DNA of 64,000 nucleotides, from contig WLWL01000001.1 of the NCBI GenBank assembly GCA_012103605.1, forward strand, positions 37,216 to 101,215. The letters are read 5' to 3'. The translations under genes were made by a program, and so were the position numbers. The first letter of the stretch is position 1. Each line of letters opens with the position of its first letter. This document shows positions 48,012 to 58,114 of the stretch, piece by piece. Below the pieces are notes generated by a model, which was not told where the DNA came from, searched no databases, and was given only the letters and a program-made list of their open reading frames with translations. This DNA is from Candidatus Nanopelagicales bacterium (lineage in GTDB: Bacteria; Actinomycetota; Actinomycetes; S36-B12).

Positions 48012-48977
48012 GTGCGAGTGTCCCTGTCCGACGGCGCCGAAGCCGCCTTCACGGACCATGACAATGGCGAGACTTCCGGCCTGCCGCTTGTGCTGTTGCA
48101 CGGCTTGACCCAGCAACAGCACTACTGGGGTCCCGTCCTCGCCCGACTGGCAGGAAGGCGAGTCATCACCGTTGATCAGCGCGGCCACGGTGAGGCGTCC
48201 GGATCACAGGTCACGCCACAATCCGACTTCAGCATTCCCCGTCTCGCTCGAGACGTGATCGAGATTCTCGACCAGGCCGGCGTGCCGGAAGCGGTCGTGG
48301 TGGGACATTCCTGGGGAGCGTCGGTTGCCCTGCACACGGCATCGTCGTTTCCCGATCGTGCGCGAGCGGCCGTGCTTATCGATGGCGGCATCTTCGGGCC
48401 TCGCCATCTTGTGACCTCGGACAGGTCTGCTGAGGAGGTGCGCGAAGCACTTCGTCCACCCGCTCTGGGAATCGCTGAGACCGCTTTGTGGCAGGTCATC
48501 GAATCAGGCGATCTCGCCGAGTACTGGAGTGACGACATCCAACGGGCTTTGGCTCCGACGTTCCGGGTCGACGAGGATGGGCGTGCATTCACGCGTCTGG
48601 GGATGGACCGACACATGGCCGTCCTCGATGGCCTCTTCGCCTACGACCCGCGTCCCGATATCGCGGCGACGACCCGACCCACGTGGGTTGTCGTCTGTGA
48701 ACCAGGAGTCCTGGACCCCTCCACGGCTCCGGCACCGACGGAACTCGCCGATTCCACGAGTCAATCAGGATCCGCACGTTCAAACGATCCCGCCGAATCT
48801 CTCGCCCAGGCCTGGATAGCGGCACGTCGCTCGGCGATCGATGGACTCGGATCGCACTTTTATCGTCAACGTTGGAGTGGAGCCCACCACGACGTTCCCT
48901 TGCAATGGCCGGCGCTGGTGGCGGGTCTAGTGGAGACTGTGCTCGAACATCCAGATGCTGGCGGGGAGGGAAAATGA
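48012..48977 (+). CDS. alpha/beta hydrolase
   Basis: LVLLHGL oxyanion region and the nucleophile elbow GHSWG. GTG start. Confidence 0.7.
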   Translation: MRVSLSDGAEAAFTDHDNGETSGLPLVLLHGLTQQQHYWGPVLARLAGRRVITVDQRGHGEASGSQVTPQSDFSIPRLARDVIEILDQAGVPEAVVVGHSWGASVALHTASSFPDRARAAVLIDGGIFGPRHLVTSDRSAEEVREALRPPALGIAETALWQVIESGDLAEYWSDDIQRALAPTFRVDEDGRAFTRLGMDRHMAVLDGLFAYDPRPDIAATTRPTWVVVCEPGVLDPSTAPAPTELADSTSQSGSARSNDPAESLAQAWIAARRSAIDGLGSHFYRQRWSGAHHDVPLQWPALVAGLVETVLEHPDAGGEGK

Positions 48978-49819
48978 TCGAGTTTGACGGGATACCCACC
49001 CTGAGCGACCCCGTCATGATCGCCGCCTTCGAAGGATGGAACGACGCTGGAGAATCGGCCAGCGCCACCATCACCCACCTACGCGAGGTGTGGGGTGCGG
49101 AATTGATCACCGAGTTCGACTCCGAGGACTACTACGACTATCAAGTCAATCGTCCAGACATCAGCCTTGATTCCGCGGGCGTTCGCCAACTTGAGTGGCC
49201 CGCCACGCGCATCTACTTGGCTCGTGTGCCTTTGTTTCCGCGTGATGTGGTGCTGATCCAGGGCATCGAGCCAAATATGCGCTGGCAGCAATTCACTCGG
49301 GAGATTCTCGGTCTGGCGGCGGAATTGGACATCTCCATGGTCGTCACCCTCGGCGCACTCTTGTCGGACAGCCCGCACACGCGACCTGTTCCCGTTACGG
49401 GATCGACATCGGACCCCACCTTGATGGAAACGTACGCGCTCGACGCAAGCAACTACGAAGGGCCCACGGGCATCGTGGGAGTGCTGCACGAAGCGTGTCA
49501 GCGGTTTGAGGTGCCTTCGATTTCGCTGTGGGCGGCCGTGCCGCATTACGTCGGTCAGCCACCCTGCCCTAAGGCAACGCTGGCCCTCGTGCGCAAGATC
49601 GAGGACGTGCTGGACATCCCGGTCCCCCTCGGGGACTTGGTGGAGGAGGCGAGGGCCTGGGAAGTCGGTGTCGACGAACTCGCCGAGGACGATGAGGAGG
49701 TCGCCGATTATGTCCGGCAGTTGGAGCAGGCTCGCGACACGACCGAACTCCCCGAAGCCAGTGGAGAGGCGATAGCGCGGGAATTCGAGCGGTATCTCAA
49801 ACGGCGTAACGTCGACTGA
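48974..49819 (+). CDS. PAC2 (proteasome assembly chaperone-like) family protein
   Basis: ATGA overlap with the hydrolase stop. LSDPVMIAAFEGWNDAGESAS N-terminus is typical of Rv2125-like PAC2 proteins. Confidence 0.75.
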   Translation: MIEFDGIPTLSDPVMIAAFEGWNDAGESASATITHLREVWGAELITEFDSEDYYDYQVNRPDISLDSAGVRQLEWPATRIYLARVPLFPRDVVLIQGIEPNMRWQQFTREILGLAAELDISMVVTLGALLSDSPHTRPVPVTGSTSDPTLMETYALDASNYEGPTGIVGVLHEACQRFEVPSISLWAAVPHYVGQPPCPKATLALVRKIEDVLDIPVPLGDLVEEARAWEVGVDELAEDDEEVADYVRQLEQARDTTELPEASGEAIAREFERYLKRRNVD

Positions 49820-49852
49820 CGTCCGCGCATGGCCAGTTGCTCGCGTGGGGTT

Positions 49853-51511
49853 CTAGGACCGAGGTTGGTCCCGACGTTCCAGGAGGGCGGCCAGGGATGC
49901 GCGGGTGGCCGGGTCGAGTTCCGGATCGTCCACCTGCCGCTGGTGAATGTCGTCCACGATCCCGCTGGCGACCTTCTTGCCTAGCTCGACGCCCCACTGG
50001 TCGAAGGGATTTATCTGCCATACAGCGGCCTGCACGAAAACGCTGTGCTCGTAGGCGGCCAGCAACGCTCCGAGCGAAAAGGGAGTGAGTTGATCCATCA
50101 TGATCACGCTGACCGGCCTGTTTCCCGGCATCACCTTGTGAGGCGCGAGAGCCTCGCTGACACCTGCTGCGGCCACTTCTTCACGTGTCAGGCCCACGGA
50201 CAAGACAGAGGCCTGGGCCAGCGCGTGCGCGACGAGGACGTCGTGTTGGTCGTCGATCTGGCCACCGGACTTGCTATCCGAAGACGTCGGTCGGGCCGCA
50301 AGGATGATGTCGCTGCAGACGTCATCAGTCCCCTGGTGCAGCAACTGGAAGAACGAATGCTGCCCATTCGTGCCTGGTTCGCCCCAGTAGATGGCGCCGG
50401 TGTCATAGGTGACCGGTGATCCATCACTTCGGACCGATTTGCCATTGCTCTCCATGGTCAACTGCTGCAGATACGCCGGCAGTCGAGCGAGATCACGGCT
50501 ATAGGGCAGTACCGCGGACGTCGACATCTGAAGAAAGTTCCGGTTCCACACGGCGCACAGCCCCATCAGCACCGGGGCGTTGTCCGCGAGGGCTGTGTCG
50601 CGGAAGTGAATATCCATCGCTCGAGCACCGTCGAGCAGCTCTCGAAAACGCAGCGGGCCTATCGAGAGCATGGTGGACAGGCCGACCGCGGACGTCAGCG
50701 AGTAGCGACCGCCCACCCAATCCCAAAAACCGAAGACGTTCTGTCGTTCGATCCCGAAGTCGTCAACGAGCTGCTCGGCGGTGCTGACCGCGGCGAAATG
50801 CGCACCGACTGCGCTGCCGCCCAGGTGATCAACAATCCAGGTTCGCGCGTACTGGGCGTTGATCATCGTCTCGGCAGTAGTGAATGTCTTGGACGCGATG
50901 ATGAAGAGAGTCTTCTCGGGCGTCACGTGACTGAGCACATCAATGATGTCTGCGGGATCGACATTGGAGACGAAATGACAGGTGATGTTCGGGTCGCGGT
51001 AGGCGCGCAACGCCTGATACGCCATCGCTGGACCGAGGTCCGAGCCCCCGATGCCGATATTGACAACGTCGGTGATGCGCTCCCCGGTGGCGCCCCGGTG
51101 AGCACCCGATCGCACCCGATCGGCGAACTCCTCCATGCGTCCCACGACGTTCTCTACGCCATCGGACACGTCCTCGCCGTCAACGGTGAACGAATCACCC
51201 TGCCGGCCCCGCAGAGCCACATGTAGCGCAGCCCTGCCTTCGGTGCTGTTCACCCTGGTACCCGCGAACATCGCATCGATTGCTTGCCGGACACTGGTCT
51301 GCTCAGCCAGGTCGATCAACGATTCGAGCACATGAGCATCAAGTCGCTGTCGACTGAAGTCAAAGAACAGTCCGGCTGCGTTGATTCTCAGAAATTCCCG
51401 GTCACTTTGAAGCAGTGACCGAATGGACTCGGCACGCATTCGATGCGACTCGTGACGTAGCGTCGACCATGCCGGGCACGCTGTTGGATCGATCGCTACC
51501 CGTTCAGCCAT
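49853..51511 (-). CDS. pgi: glucose-6-phosphate isomerase
   Basis: 552 aa with motifs NIGIGGSDLGP, SKTFTTAET and GEPGTNGQHSFFQL. Confidence 0.9.
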   Translation of the reverse strand: MAERVAIDPTACPAWSTLRHESHRMRAESIRSLLQSDREFLRINAAGLFFDFSRQRLDAHVLESLIDLAEQTSVRQAIDAMFAGTRVNSTEGRAALHVALRGRQGDSFTVDGEDVSDGVENVVGRMEEFADRVRSGAHRGATGERITDVVNIGIGGSDLGPAMAYQALRAYRDPNITCHFVSNVDPADIIDVLSHVTPEKTLFIIASKTFTTAETMINAQYARTWIVDHLGGSAVGAHFAAVSTAEQLVDDFGIERQNVFGFWDWVGGRYSLTSAVGLSTMLSIGPLRFRELLDGARAMDIHFRDTALADNAPVLMGLCAVWNRNFLQMSTSAVLPYSRDLARLPAYLQQLTMESNGKSVRSDGSPVTYDTGAIYWGEPGTNGQHSFFQLLHQGTDDVCSDIILAARPTSSDSKSGGQIDDQHDVLVAHALAQASVLSVGLTREEVAAAGVSEALAPHKVMPGNRPVSVIMMDQLTPFSLGALLAAYEHSVFVQAAVWQINPFDQWGVELGKKVASGIVDDIHQRQVDDPELDPATRASLAALLERRDQPRS

Positions 51512-51541
51512 GTCGCTCTCCCCTGCACCCTCTGTGCATCA

Positions 51542-52771
51542 TCACGTCAGCCGAATGCCCAGAAGAGTGTCCACCAACGTGGCCATCTCGCCGGGGCTCG
51601 CGGGGTCCTGCCCGCCCCGAGTGAGGGCGGTGTGAACCCACGAATCGACCGCATCCAGTGCAGACGGCGTGCGCAGATCATCCGCGAGAACCTCCCGCAC
51701 TCGATCGATCAGCGGATCAACGGGCGGGCCGTACGGCAGTTGACTCGCTGCTGTCCAGCGCTGAAGCCGCTCACCTGCCCCTTCGAGTCCGTGCGGCGTC
51801 CAGACCCAATCTGTTCGATAGTGATGGGCGAGCAGCGCTAGCCGTATCGCCATCGGGTCAGTTCCCTCCCGGACCAACTGCGAGACGAAGACCAAATTGC
51901 CTCGGGACTTGCTCATTTTGTGCCCCTGCCACGCGACCATCCCGGAGTGCACGTAATGCCGCGCAAACGGCCATTCGCCGGTCAATCGATGCACCTCGGA
52001 TGCACCCATTTCGTGATGGGGAAATGCAAGATCTGAGCCCCCGCCCTGGATATCGATGGTCGGACCGAGGTAGTCAAGGGCGATCGCGGCGCATTCAATG
52101 TGCCACCCGGGTCGGCCGTGTCCCAGGGGCGTATCCCAGGCCGGTTCTTCGGGACGTGCGTTCTGCCACACGAGGCAATCCAGAGGATGTTCCTTGCCTT
52201 CCCGCTCCGGATCTCCCCCGCGTTCGGCGAAGACGGCCACCATGTCGTCTTCGTCCAATCCCGCGATGGATCCGAAGCGTTCGTCGTTCCTCACCCGGAA
52301 GTAAAGATCGTCGTCGACGGCGTAGACGTCCCCGGACTCCTGCAATTGCATCACTTTGCGAGCGACGGATGGGATCGACTCCACAGCGCCGATGTAGTGA
52401 TCGGGTGGCAATACGTTGAGACCGGCCATGTCGTCACGAAACAGCGCTGTCTCACGGTCGGCGATCTCTCTCCAGTTCTCACCGGTGGCCACGGCCCTCT
52501 CGAGCAAGGGGTCATCGATGTCGGTGACGTTCTGGACGTAGCGCACCTGATGCCCTGCGTCTCGCCAGACCCGATTGATCATGTCGAAAGCAACATAGGT
52601 ATTCGCATGCCCGATATGTGTTGCGTCATACGGGGTAATCCCGCACACGTACATCGTCGCGTGTGGCGCGGGCGCGGTCGGACGAACGACACCGGTCGAT
52701 GTATCGAAAAGGGCGAGTGGCTTTCCCTTTCCGCGCAGAGCGCGCGGCATAGGTGCCGACCATGACTCCAC
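51542..52771 (-). CDS. mshC: L-cysteine:1D-myo-inositol 2-amino-2-deoxy-alpha-D-glucopyranoside ligase
   Basis: MESWSAP N-terminus, a class-I synthetase HIGH motif (THIGHANTY), KMSKS, and a CysRS-like fold without an anticodon domain. Confidence 0.85.
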   Translation of the reverse strand: MESWSAPMPRALRGKGKPLALFDTSTGVVRPTAPAPHATMYVCGITPYDATHIGHANTYVAFDMINRVWRDAGHQVRYVQNVTDIDDPLLERAVATGENWREIADRETALFRDDMAGLNVLPPDHYIGAVESIPSVARKVMQLQESGDVYAVDDDLYFRVRNDERFGSIAGLDEDDMVAVFAERGGDPEREGKEHPLDCLVWQNARPEEPAWDTPLGHGRPGWHIECAAIALDYLGPTIDIQGGGSDLAFPHHEMGASEVHRLTGEWPFARHYVHSGMVAWQGHKMSKSRGNLVFVSQLVREGTDPMAIRLALLAHHYRTDWVWTPHGLEGAGERLQRWTAASQLPYGPPVDPLIDRVREVLADDLRTPSALDAVDSWVHTALTRGGQDPASPGEMATLVDTLLGIRLT

Positions 52772-52813
52772 GTAGGAAGCCTACTCAGGCATGCCCAACG
52801 CAGCGGTGCGCGC

Positions 52814-53656
52814 TCAGAAGACCGGCCAGGGAATGGCGGGCCACTCCTCGTGGGGAAACGGGTAGCGCCCCGAGTCAACCAAGGCCCGTACGCGAGCCGT
52901 CAATGCAACCAACTCCTCGGCGCTCACGAATGCGGCCAGTTCGGCAACAGACGTCCCACTCTTCGTGCCTCGGTCATCGTCTTCCAGGCTTGTCAAGAGT
53001 TGCTGCAACCGATTCACGTCCTGAGCATTGATCGATTCTCCGGCCCAACCCCACAGAACGGTTCGCAGTTTCGGTTCACTCGCCATGGTCACACCATGGT
53101 CGATGGCCCATACCCGTCCGCTGTCGTCCGTGATGACGTGCCCACCTTTGCGGTCCCCGTTGTTGATGACAGCGTCGAGCAGGGCCATATGTTGCAGTCG
53201 CTGGTCATCCGCATGCACCAGGGCGACCGGGCGACCGGATGCATCCTCGGCGCTGAGAACCTGGTGCCAATCCGGCGGGACGTCATCCGCCGACACGACA
53301 TCAACGAGCCTGTGCGCGGGGTCCTCGGTGACCCACAGCTGGCACATTCCTGGACCCGCTGGTCCATCGTCTCGCCAGATGGTCGGTGGAATCAGATCGA
53401 ACCCCAGCATTCGGTCGACGAGATATGCAGCGACCTCTCTGCCACTCAGGGTCCCGTCGGGAAAGTCCCACAGCGGACGTTCTCCCTGTTGCGGCTTGTA
53501 CACACACTTCAGTGATCCGCCGAGAGTGCATCTCCACGTGGCGTTGCTGGCACTGACGAGTTGCCCGTCAACCTCAAGGTCATCGTGTGCAAGACGCTCA
53601 CAAATATCGCGTACCCAGATGTCGTCAGAATTCTGGCCGGGAATGCCGGTGTTCAC
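52814..53656 (-). CDS. SCO1664 family protein (PI3/PI4-kinase-like fold)
   Basis: Kinase-like catalytic loop NNGDRKGGH and IDHG. GTG 53656 makes a GTGA overlap with the DUF3090 stop. The track ORF is over-extended. Confidence 0.7.
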   Translation of the reverse strand: MNTGIPGQNSDDIWVRDICERLAHDDLEVDGQLVSASNATWRCTLGGSLKCVYKPQQGERPLWDFPDGTLSGREVAAYLVDRMLGFDLIPPTIWRDDGPAGPGMCQLWVTEDPAHRLVDVVSADDVPPDWHQVLSAEDASGRPVALVHADDQRLQHMALLDAVINNGDRKGGHVITDDSGRVWAIDHGVTMASEPKLRTVLWGWAGESINAQDVNRLQQLLTSLEDDDRGTKSGTSVAELAAFVSAEELVALTARVRALVDSGRYPFPHEEWPAIPWPVF

Positions 53657-54222
53657 GATCGCCGTTTGTATCCGTTGGCTCGTGGACACATGTGTCCCTG
53701 CGGATCGAGCGGCTGCTGACAAAAAGGGCACGCCGGACGACCACTGGACACAATCACGCGGGTCCGCTCGGCGAACGCCCGCGCATACGGCGCCGACATC
53801 CACACGCGAACAGTGTCGGGGCCCTCGGAGTCATCATCGGCCAACTCCGGTGGCTCGAAGCCTTCGACGTCGGAGACGGCATGCGCTTCAATGATGACCA
53901 GGTTGTTCGCCTCGTCCCACCCCAGGGCCATCGCACCAACACGAAACTCCTCTTCGAGTGGGAGATCCAACGGCGCGTTGTCGGACAGCTCCACCGGGGC
54001 CTTCTCAGGAACAACGTCTTCGGGCGCGCGTGAACCTCTGACCTCATCCAGGAGTTGATCTATCCGGTCGGACAGCGCATCCGCCTGCTGCTTCTCGAAG
54101 GCCACCGAAACGATCTCGTCCCCGGATTTCGCCTGCAGGTAGAAGGTCCGCTCGCCCGGCATTCCCACCGTGCCGACCACGAACCGCTCGGGCAGCCGGA
54201 ACTCCCATATGCGCCTAGCCAC
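53653..54222 (-). CDS. DUF3090 domain-containing protein
   Basis: RFVVGTVGMPGERTFYLQA N-terminus and C-terminal CPFCQQPLDPQGHMCPRANGY zinc-ribbon-like motif. GTG 54222 overlaps the upstream gene stop by 8 nt. Confidence 0.75.
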   Translation of the reverse strand: MARRIWEFRLPERFVVGTVGMPGERTFYLQAKSGDEIVSVAFEKQQADALSDRIDQLLDEVRGSRAPEDVVPEKAPVELSDNAPLDLPLEEEFRVGAMALGWDEANNLVIIEAHAVSDVEGFEPPELADDDSEGPDTVRVWMSAPYARAFAERTRVIVSSGRPACPFCQQPLDPQGHMCPRANGYKRRS

Positions 54223-54901
54223 GGCCGGCTCCCCCACCGACCGGCGCGTCGGTCGAGGCGTCTGCGCTTGTGTTCGCCAGGAACCCAACATCGGATCCTG
54301 TGTCATTGATCCGCACAACGAACGGGCGCACCTTGGTGTAGCGCACGATCGACACCGAACACGGATCGACGCTTAACCGCTGGAAGGCATCGAGGTGCAT
54401 ACCGAGTGCGTCGGCGAGTACTGCCTTTATCACGTCACCGTGGCTGACGACCGCCAGGACGTCGGCGTCACGTGACTGTTGCGTCCAGTCCCGGATTGCA
54501 GACACCGCGCGCATGCTCATCGCCATGAGGGATTCCCCGTCGGGAAAGGTGACAGCGCTCGGGTGACTTTGCACCTGCTTCCACAGCGGCTTCTTGGCCA
54601 ACGTTGCAAGCGACTGTCCGGTCCACGTTCCGTAGTCACACTCAATGAACCGCTCGTCAACGACCACGTCGCTGGCAGTTTGTTCTTGCTGCGCGTTGAT
54701 GTATTCAGCCGTTTCGCGGGTGCGCTCGAGGGGGGACGTCACAATCGTGGCGAAAGGCACCGTGGATAGCCGAGTGGCCAGGGTTGTCGCCTGCTCCTGG
54801 CCGACCTTGTCCAAGGTGACACCCGGGCTCCTGCCGGCGAGGATGCCTCGCTCGTTGGCTGAGGTTCGACCATGGCGAACAAGAAGAATGGTGGGCACCA
54901 C
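54215..54901 (-). CDS. histidine phosphatase superfamily, MSMEG_4193-type putative phosphomutase
   Basis: LLVRHGRTSANE RHG motif, the second His in VVSHGDVIK, and a conserved position upstream of DUF3090. Confidence 0.75.
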   Translation of the reverse strand: MVPTILLVRHGRTSANERGILAGRSPGVTLDKVGQEQATTLATRLSTVPFATIVTSPLERTRETAEYINAQQEQTASDVVVDERFIECDYGTWTGQSLATLAKKPLWKQVQSHPSAVTFPDGESLMAMSMRAVSAIRDWTQQSRDADVLAVVSHGDVIKAVLADALGMHLDAFQRLSVDPCSVSIVRYTKVRPFVVRINDTGSDVGFLANTSADASTDAPVGGGAGRG

Positions 54902-54960
54902 GTCAGCCTATGAGGCATTCATTCCTTCGGCACGCACACGTCCGCTGGCCGATGGGGCAC

Positions 54961-55794
54961 CTACAGCGCGCTGATTGTTCCCGTCGCCAGCAGGACCAGC
55001 AAAACGCTTCCCAACACGACCCGGTAGATCACGAAGGGAAGAAAGGAGCGAGTGGAGACCCAGCGAATCAGCCACGCGATGACGAGATAGCCGATGAACA
55101 GAGCGATGATGGTGGCGAGGATGGTCTGGCCCCATTGCACGTTGTCATCCGAACCGATCTTCGTCGCCTCGTACAGGCCAGAAGCGAGGACCGCGGGAAT
55201 GGCCAGTAGAAACGCATAGCGCGTGGCGGCAGACCGTGAATACCCCATGGCCAGGCCGACCGAGATCGTGGCACCCGAGCGTGACACCCCCGGGATCAAT
55301 GCCAACGCTTGGCCAAACCCGAACAGCAATCCATCCTTGGCGTTAAGAGCCTCGAGTGCCTTGGTCTTGGAGCCCCAACGGTCGACGAGACCAAGAACAA
55401 CGCCGAAGCCGATCAGGACCGTTGCGACAAGCCACAGGTTGCGGGCGGCCGTCTCGATCCAGGGGGCAAAGGTGAATCCGAGGACGGCAATCGGCAGCGT
55501 GCCGATGATCACGTACCAGCCCATCCGTGCGTCGATACTCCCCCGCACCTCGGGCCGACGAAGGCTGACGAACCATGTCGACAGGATGCGCGCTAAGTCC
55601 CGGCGGAAATAGATCAACACCGCGATTTCGGTGCCGATTTGGGTAACAGCGGTGAAAGCCGCTCCGGGATCACCCCAGCCGAAAAGCCGGGAGACGATCA
55701 GGACGTGAGCGGAGCTCGATATCGGCAGGAACTCTGTGAGCCCCTGAACAACCCCCAGGATGACCGCTTCGAGCCACCCGATGGGTTCGTCCAT
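54961..55794 (-). CDS. uppP: undecaprenyl-diphosphate phosphatase
   Basis: VQGLTEFLPISSSAH and PGVSRSGATI motifs. ATG 55794 overlaps the upstream stop (TGATG). Confidence 0.85.
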   Translation of the reverse strand: MDEPIGWLEAVILGVVQGLTEFLPISSSAHVLIVSRLFGWGDPGAAFTAVTQIGTEIAVLIYFRRDLARILSTWFVSLRRPEVRGSIDARMGWYVIIGTLPIAVLGFTFAPWIETAARNLWLVATVLIGFGVVLGLVDRWGSKTKALEALNAKDGLLFGFGQALALIPGVSRSGATISVGLAMGYSRSAATRYAFLLAIPAVLASGLYEATKIGSDDNVQWGQTILATIIALFIGYLVIAWLIRWVSTRSFLPFVIYRVVLGSVLLVLLATGTISAL

Positions 55795-56843
55795 CAATCA
55801 GCCAGTCCCGACGCTTCCAGAACCTGCGACATCATCCGCAGCGTGCCCACGCGCTCGTCGATGGTTCCCGCGAAGGAACTAATGCTGAGAGTGGTGACAC
55901 CCGCCTCGGCGTATGCGTGGAGTCGTTCACCGATTCGTTCTGGCGGCCCCAACAGTGACGTCTTGTCCAAGAATTCGAACGGCACCGCCGCGGCAGCCCC
56001 CGCGTAGTCCTTGTTCATGTATTTGTCCTGGACGTCGATTGCCGCTTGTTCGTATCCCATGCGACTCATGAGCTGGTTGTAGAAGTTCTTGTCTCGCGAA
56101 CCCATACCCCCGACATACAACGCCGCGTAGGGGCGCACCAACTCTGCGCACGCCTCGACGTCTTTTCCTGGAACGACGGGCACGGTGGGAACAACATCGA
56201 ACCCCTCCATCGTCTTGTCGACTTTCGCTCGACCAGCGACGATCGGCTCCATCAGCCCGGCCGCGTCCTCGGGACTGAAGAAGATAGCGAGCCACCCGTC
56301 GGCGATTTCGCCACACAGTTCGAGATTCTTCGGCCCGATCGCCGCCAGATAGATCGGCAACGAATCCCGAACGGGGTGAACGGTCAGCGTGAGCGACTTC
56401 CCTGGACCGTCGGGCAACGGCAGCTGCCAGAACTCTCCGTCGTAGGACACTCGCTCACGACGAAGAGCCATGCGCACGATGTCGACGTACTCCCGTGTCC
56501 GCGCGAGAGGCTTGTCGAACCGCACTCCGTGCCAACCCTCGGATACCTGCGGCCCGGACACTCCCAGGCCGAGACGGAAACGCCCCCCGGACAGCGTGTC
56601 CAAGGTGGCCGCGGTCATCGCGCAGTTGGCGGGTGTTCGACCAGGAATCTGAAATATTGCCGATCCGACGTCAATCGTCGTCGTTTGTGCGGCGATCCAA
56701 CTCAGCACGGTGGCGGCATCGGAGCCGTAAGCCTCGGCTGCCCAGGCCACCGCGTAGCCCAGACGGTCCGCTTCGCGAGCCACTTCGAGATTGTCGGCAT
56801 CGTTACCGGCGCCCCAGTAACCCAGGTTCACTCCCAATTTCAT
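55794..56843 (-). CDS. LLM class (luciferase-like) flavin/F420-dependent oxidoreductase
   Basis: MKLGVNLGYWG N-terminus, GRFRLGLGVSGPQVSEGWHG, and a TIM-barrel LLM pattern. Confidence 0.75.
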   Translation of the reverse strand: MKLGVNLGYWGAGNDADNLEVAREADRLGYAVAWAAEAYGSDAATVLSWIAAQTTTIDVGSAIFQIPGRTPANCAMTAATLDTLSGGRFRLGLGVSGPQVSEGWHGVRFDKPLARTREYVDIVRMALRRERVSYDGEFWQLPLPDGPGKSLTLTVHPVRDSLPIYLAAIGPKNLELCGEIADGWLAIFFSPEDAAGLMEPIVAGRAKVDKTMEGFDVVPTVPVVPGKDVEACAELVRPYAALYVGGMGSRDKNFYNQLMSRMGYEQAAIDVQDKYMNKDYAGAAAAVPFEFLDKTSLLGPPERIGERLHAYAEAGVTTLSISSFAGTIDERVGTLRMMSQVLEASGLAD

Positions 56844-56900
56844 AACGCCACCCTAGGGCCAAAGCCGCCTTCACGGCCCGTTGACCAATAGCGTGCGGTT

Positions 56901-57881
56901 ATGCAGCAACGACCGCTCGGAAAATCCGGGCTCTGGGTGGGACGCATTGGCCTTGGCACCATGACCTGGGGACGCCAAACCGATGAGTACGAGGCGCGCG
57001 ATCAGTTGGCTGCGTTCTTGGATGTTGGCGGCACATTGATCGACACCGCCGACAGTTACGCCAAGGGCGTCAGCGAGGAAATGCTCGGCATGCTCATCCA
57101 GGAATTCGATTGCCGCGCCGACATCGTGCTTGCCACCAAGGCAGTGCAACGTCCCGACACCGAGCGTCGGCTCGATGCGAGCAGAGGCCACCTCGTGAGC
57201 GCCCTGGACGCGTCGTTGAAGCGTTTGGACGTCGACCACGTGGATCTATGGCAGCTACATCGATGGGACTCCTGGACACCGATCGAAGAGACGCTGTCCG
57301 CCGTCGACCACGCACTGCGGTCAGGGAAAGCCCGCTACGTCGGAATCTCCAACTACAGCGGGTGGCAAACAGCCCGCGCCTGCACGCTGCAGGAAACACG
57401 CGGCGTCGCCCCATTCGTCACGACCCAGATGGAGTACTCCCTGCTCGAGCGGGGAATCGAGCGAGAGATCGTCCCCGCTGCCCCGTCGCTGGGAATCGGC
57501 ATTTTGCCGTGGTCTCCCCTTGGCCGAGGGGTTTTGACAGGCAAGTACCGGCACTCCATCCCTATTGATTCTCGCGGCGGGAATCCGGACACCAGTGGGT
57601 TCGTCAACGCCTACAACAATGAACGCTCTCATCGCATCGTGGACGCGGTGTGTACCGCCGCCGAGGGCCTTGATGCGACACCGGGTGAGGTTGCCCTCGC
57701 GTGGCTGCGCGATCGTCCCGGCGTCGTCGCCCCCATCGTCGGTGCTCGCACTACGCAACAGTTGATCTCCGCTCTCGCCAGTGAAGAACTCGACTTGCCG
57801 AGCGAGATTGTCACCGCCCTCGATGACATTTCCGAGCCTGATGCGGGATATCCCGAAAGTGGATGGGCGCAACGCCGGTAG
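56901..57881 (+). CDS. aldo/keto reductase
   Basis: GLGTMTWG, DTADSY, and LWQLHRWD with the GISNYSGWQ motifs. Confidence 0.8.
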   Translation: MQQRPLGKSGLWVGRIGLGTMTWGRQTDEYEARDQLAAFLDVGGTLIDTADSYAKGVSEEMLGMLIQEFDCRADIVLATKAVQRPDTERRLDASRGHLVSALDASLKRLDVDHVDLWQLHRWDSWTPIEETLSAVDHALRSGKARYVGISNYSGWQTARACTLQETRGVAPFVTTQMEYSLLERGIEREIVPAAPSLGIGILPWSPLGRGVLTGKYRHSIPIDSRGGNPDTSGFVNAYNNERSHRIVDAVCTAAEGLDATPGEVALAWLRDRPGVVAPIVGARTTQQLISALASEELDLPSEIVTALDDISEPDAGYPESGWAQRR

Positions 57882-57910
57882 GCGTGCGGTTCTCGGCGTA
57901 GGCTCGCAGA

Positions 57911-58108
57911 GTGTCGCAGCGCCACAGCACCTGGGAATTCCGCGAGGTAAGCGTCTCGCGCGATACCCCACGCGAGGAGGCCCGGCAGATTCTCACCTCC
58001 ACAGCCGAAACCGGCCGATGGGAGCTCGACCGGACGCGCATTTTCCGTGATGGCAGACGTCACTATCGTCTCCGCCGGCGGATCTACCGTGTAATGCGTA
58101 CCGCATAG
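57911..58108 (+). CDS. DUF5703 family small protein
   Basis: 65 aa. WEFREVSVSRDTPREEARQILTSTAETGRWELDRTRIFRDGRRHYRLRR matches my recollection of this actinobacterial family. Confidence 0.55.
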   Translation: MSQRHSTWEFREVSVSRDTPREEARQILTSTAETGRWELDRTRIFRDGRRHYRLRRRIYRVMRTA

Positions 58109-58114
58109 CGAGAG

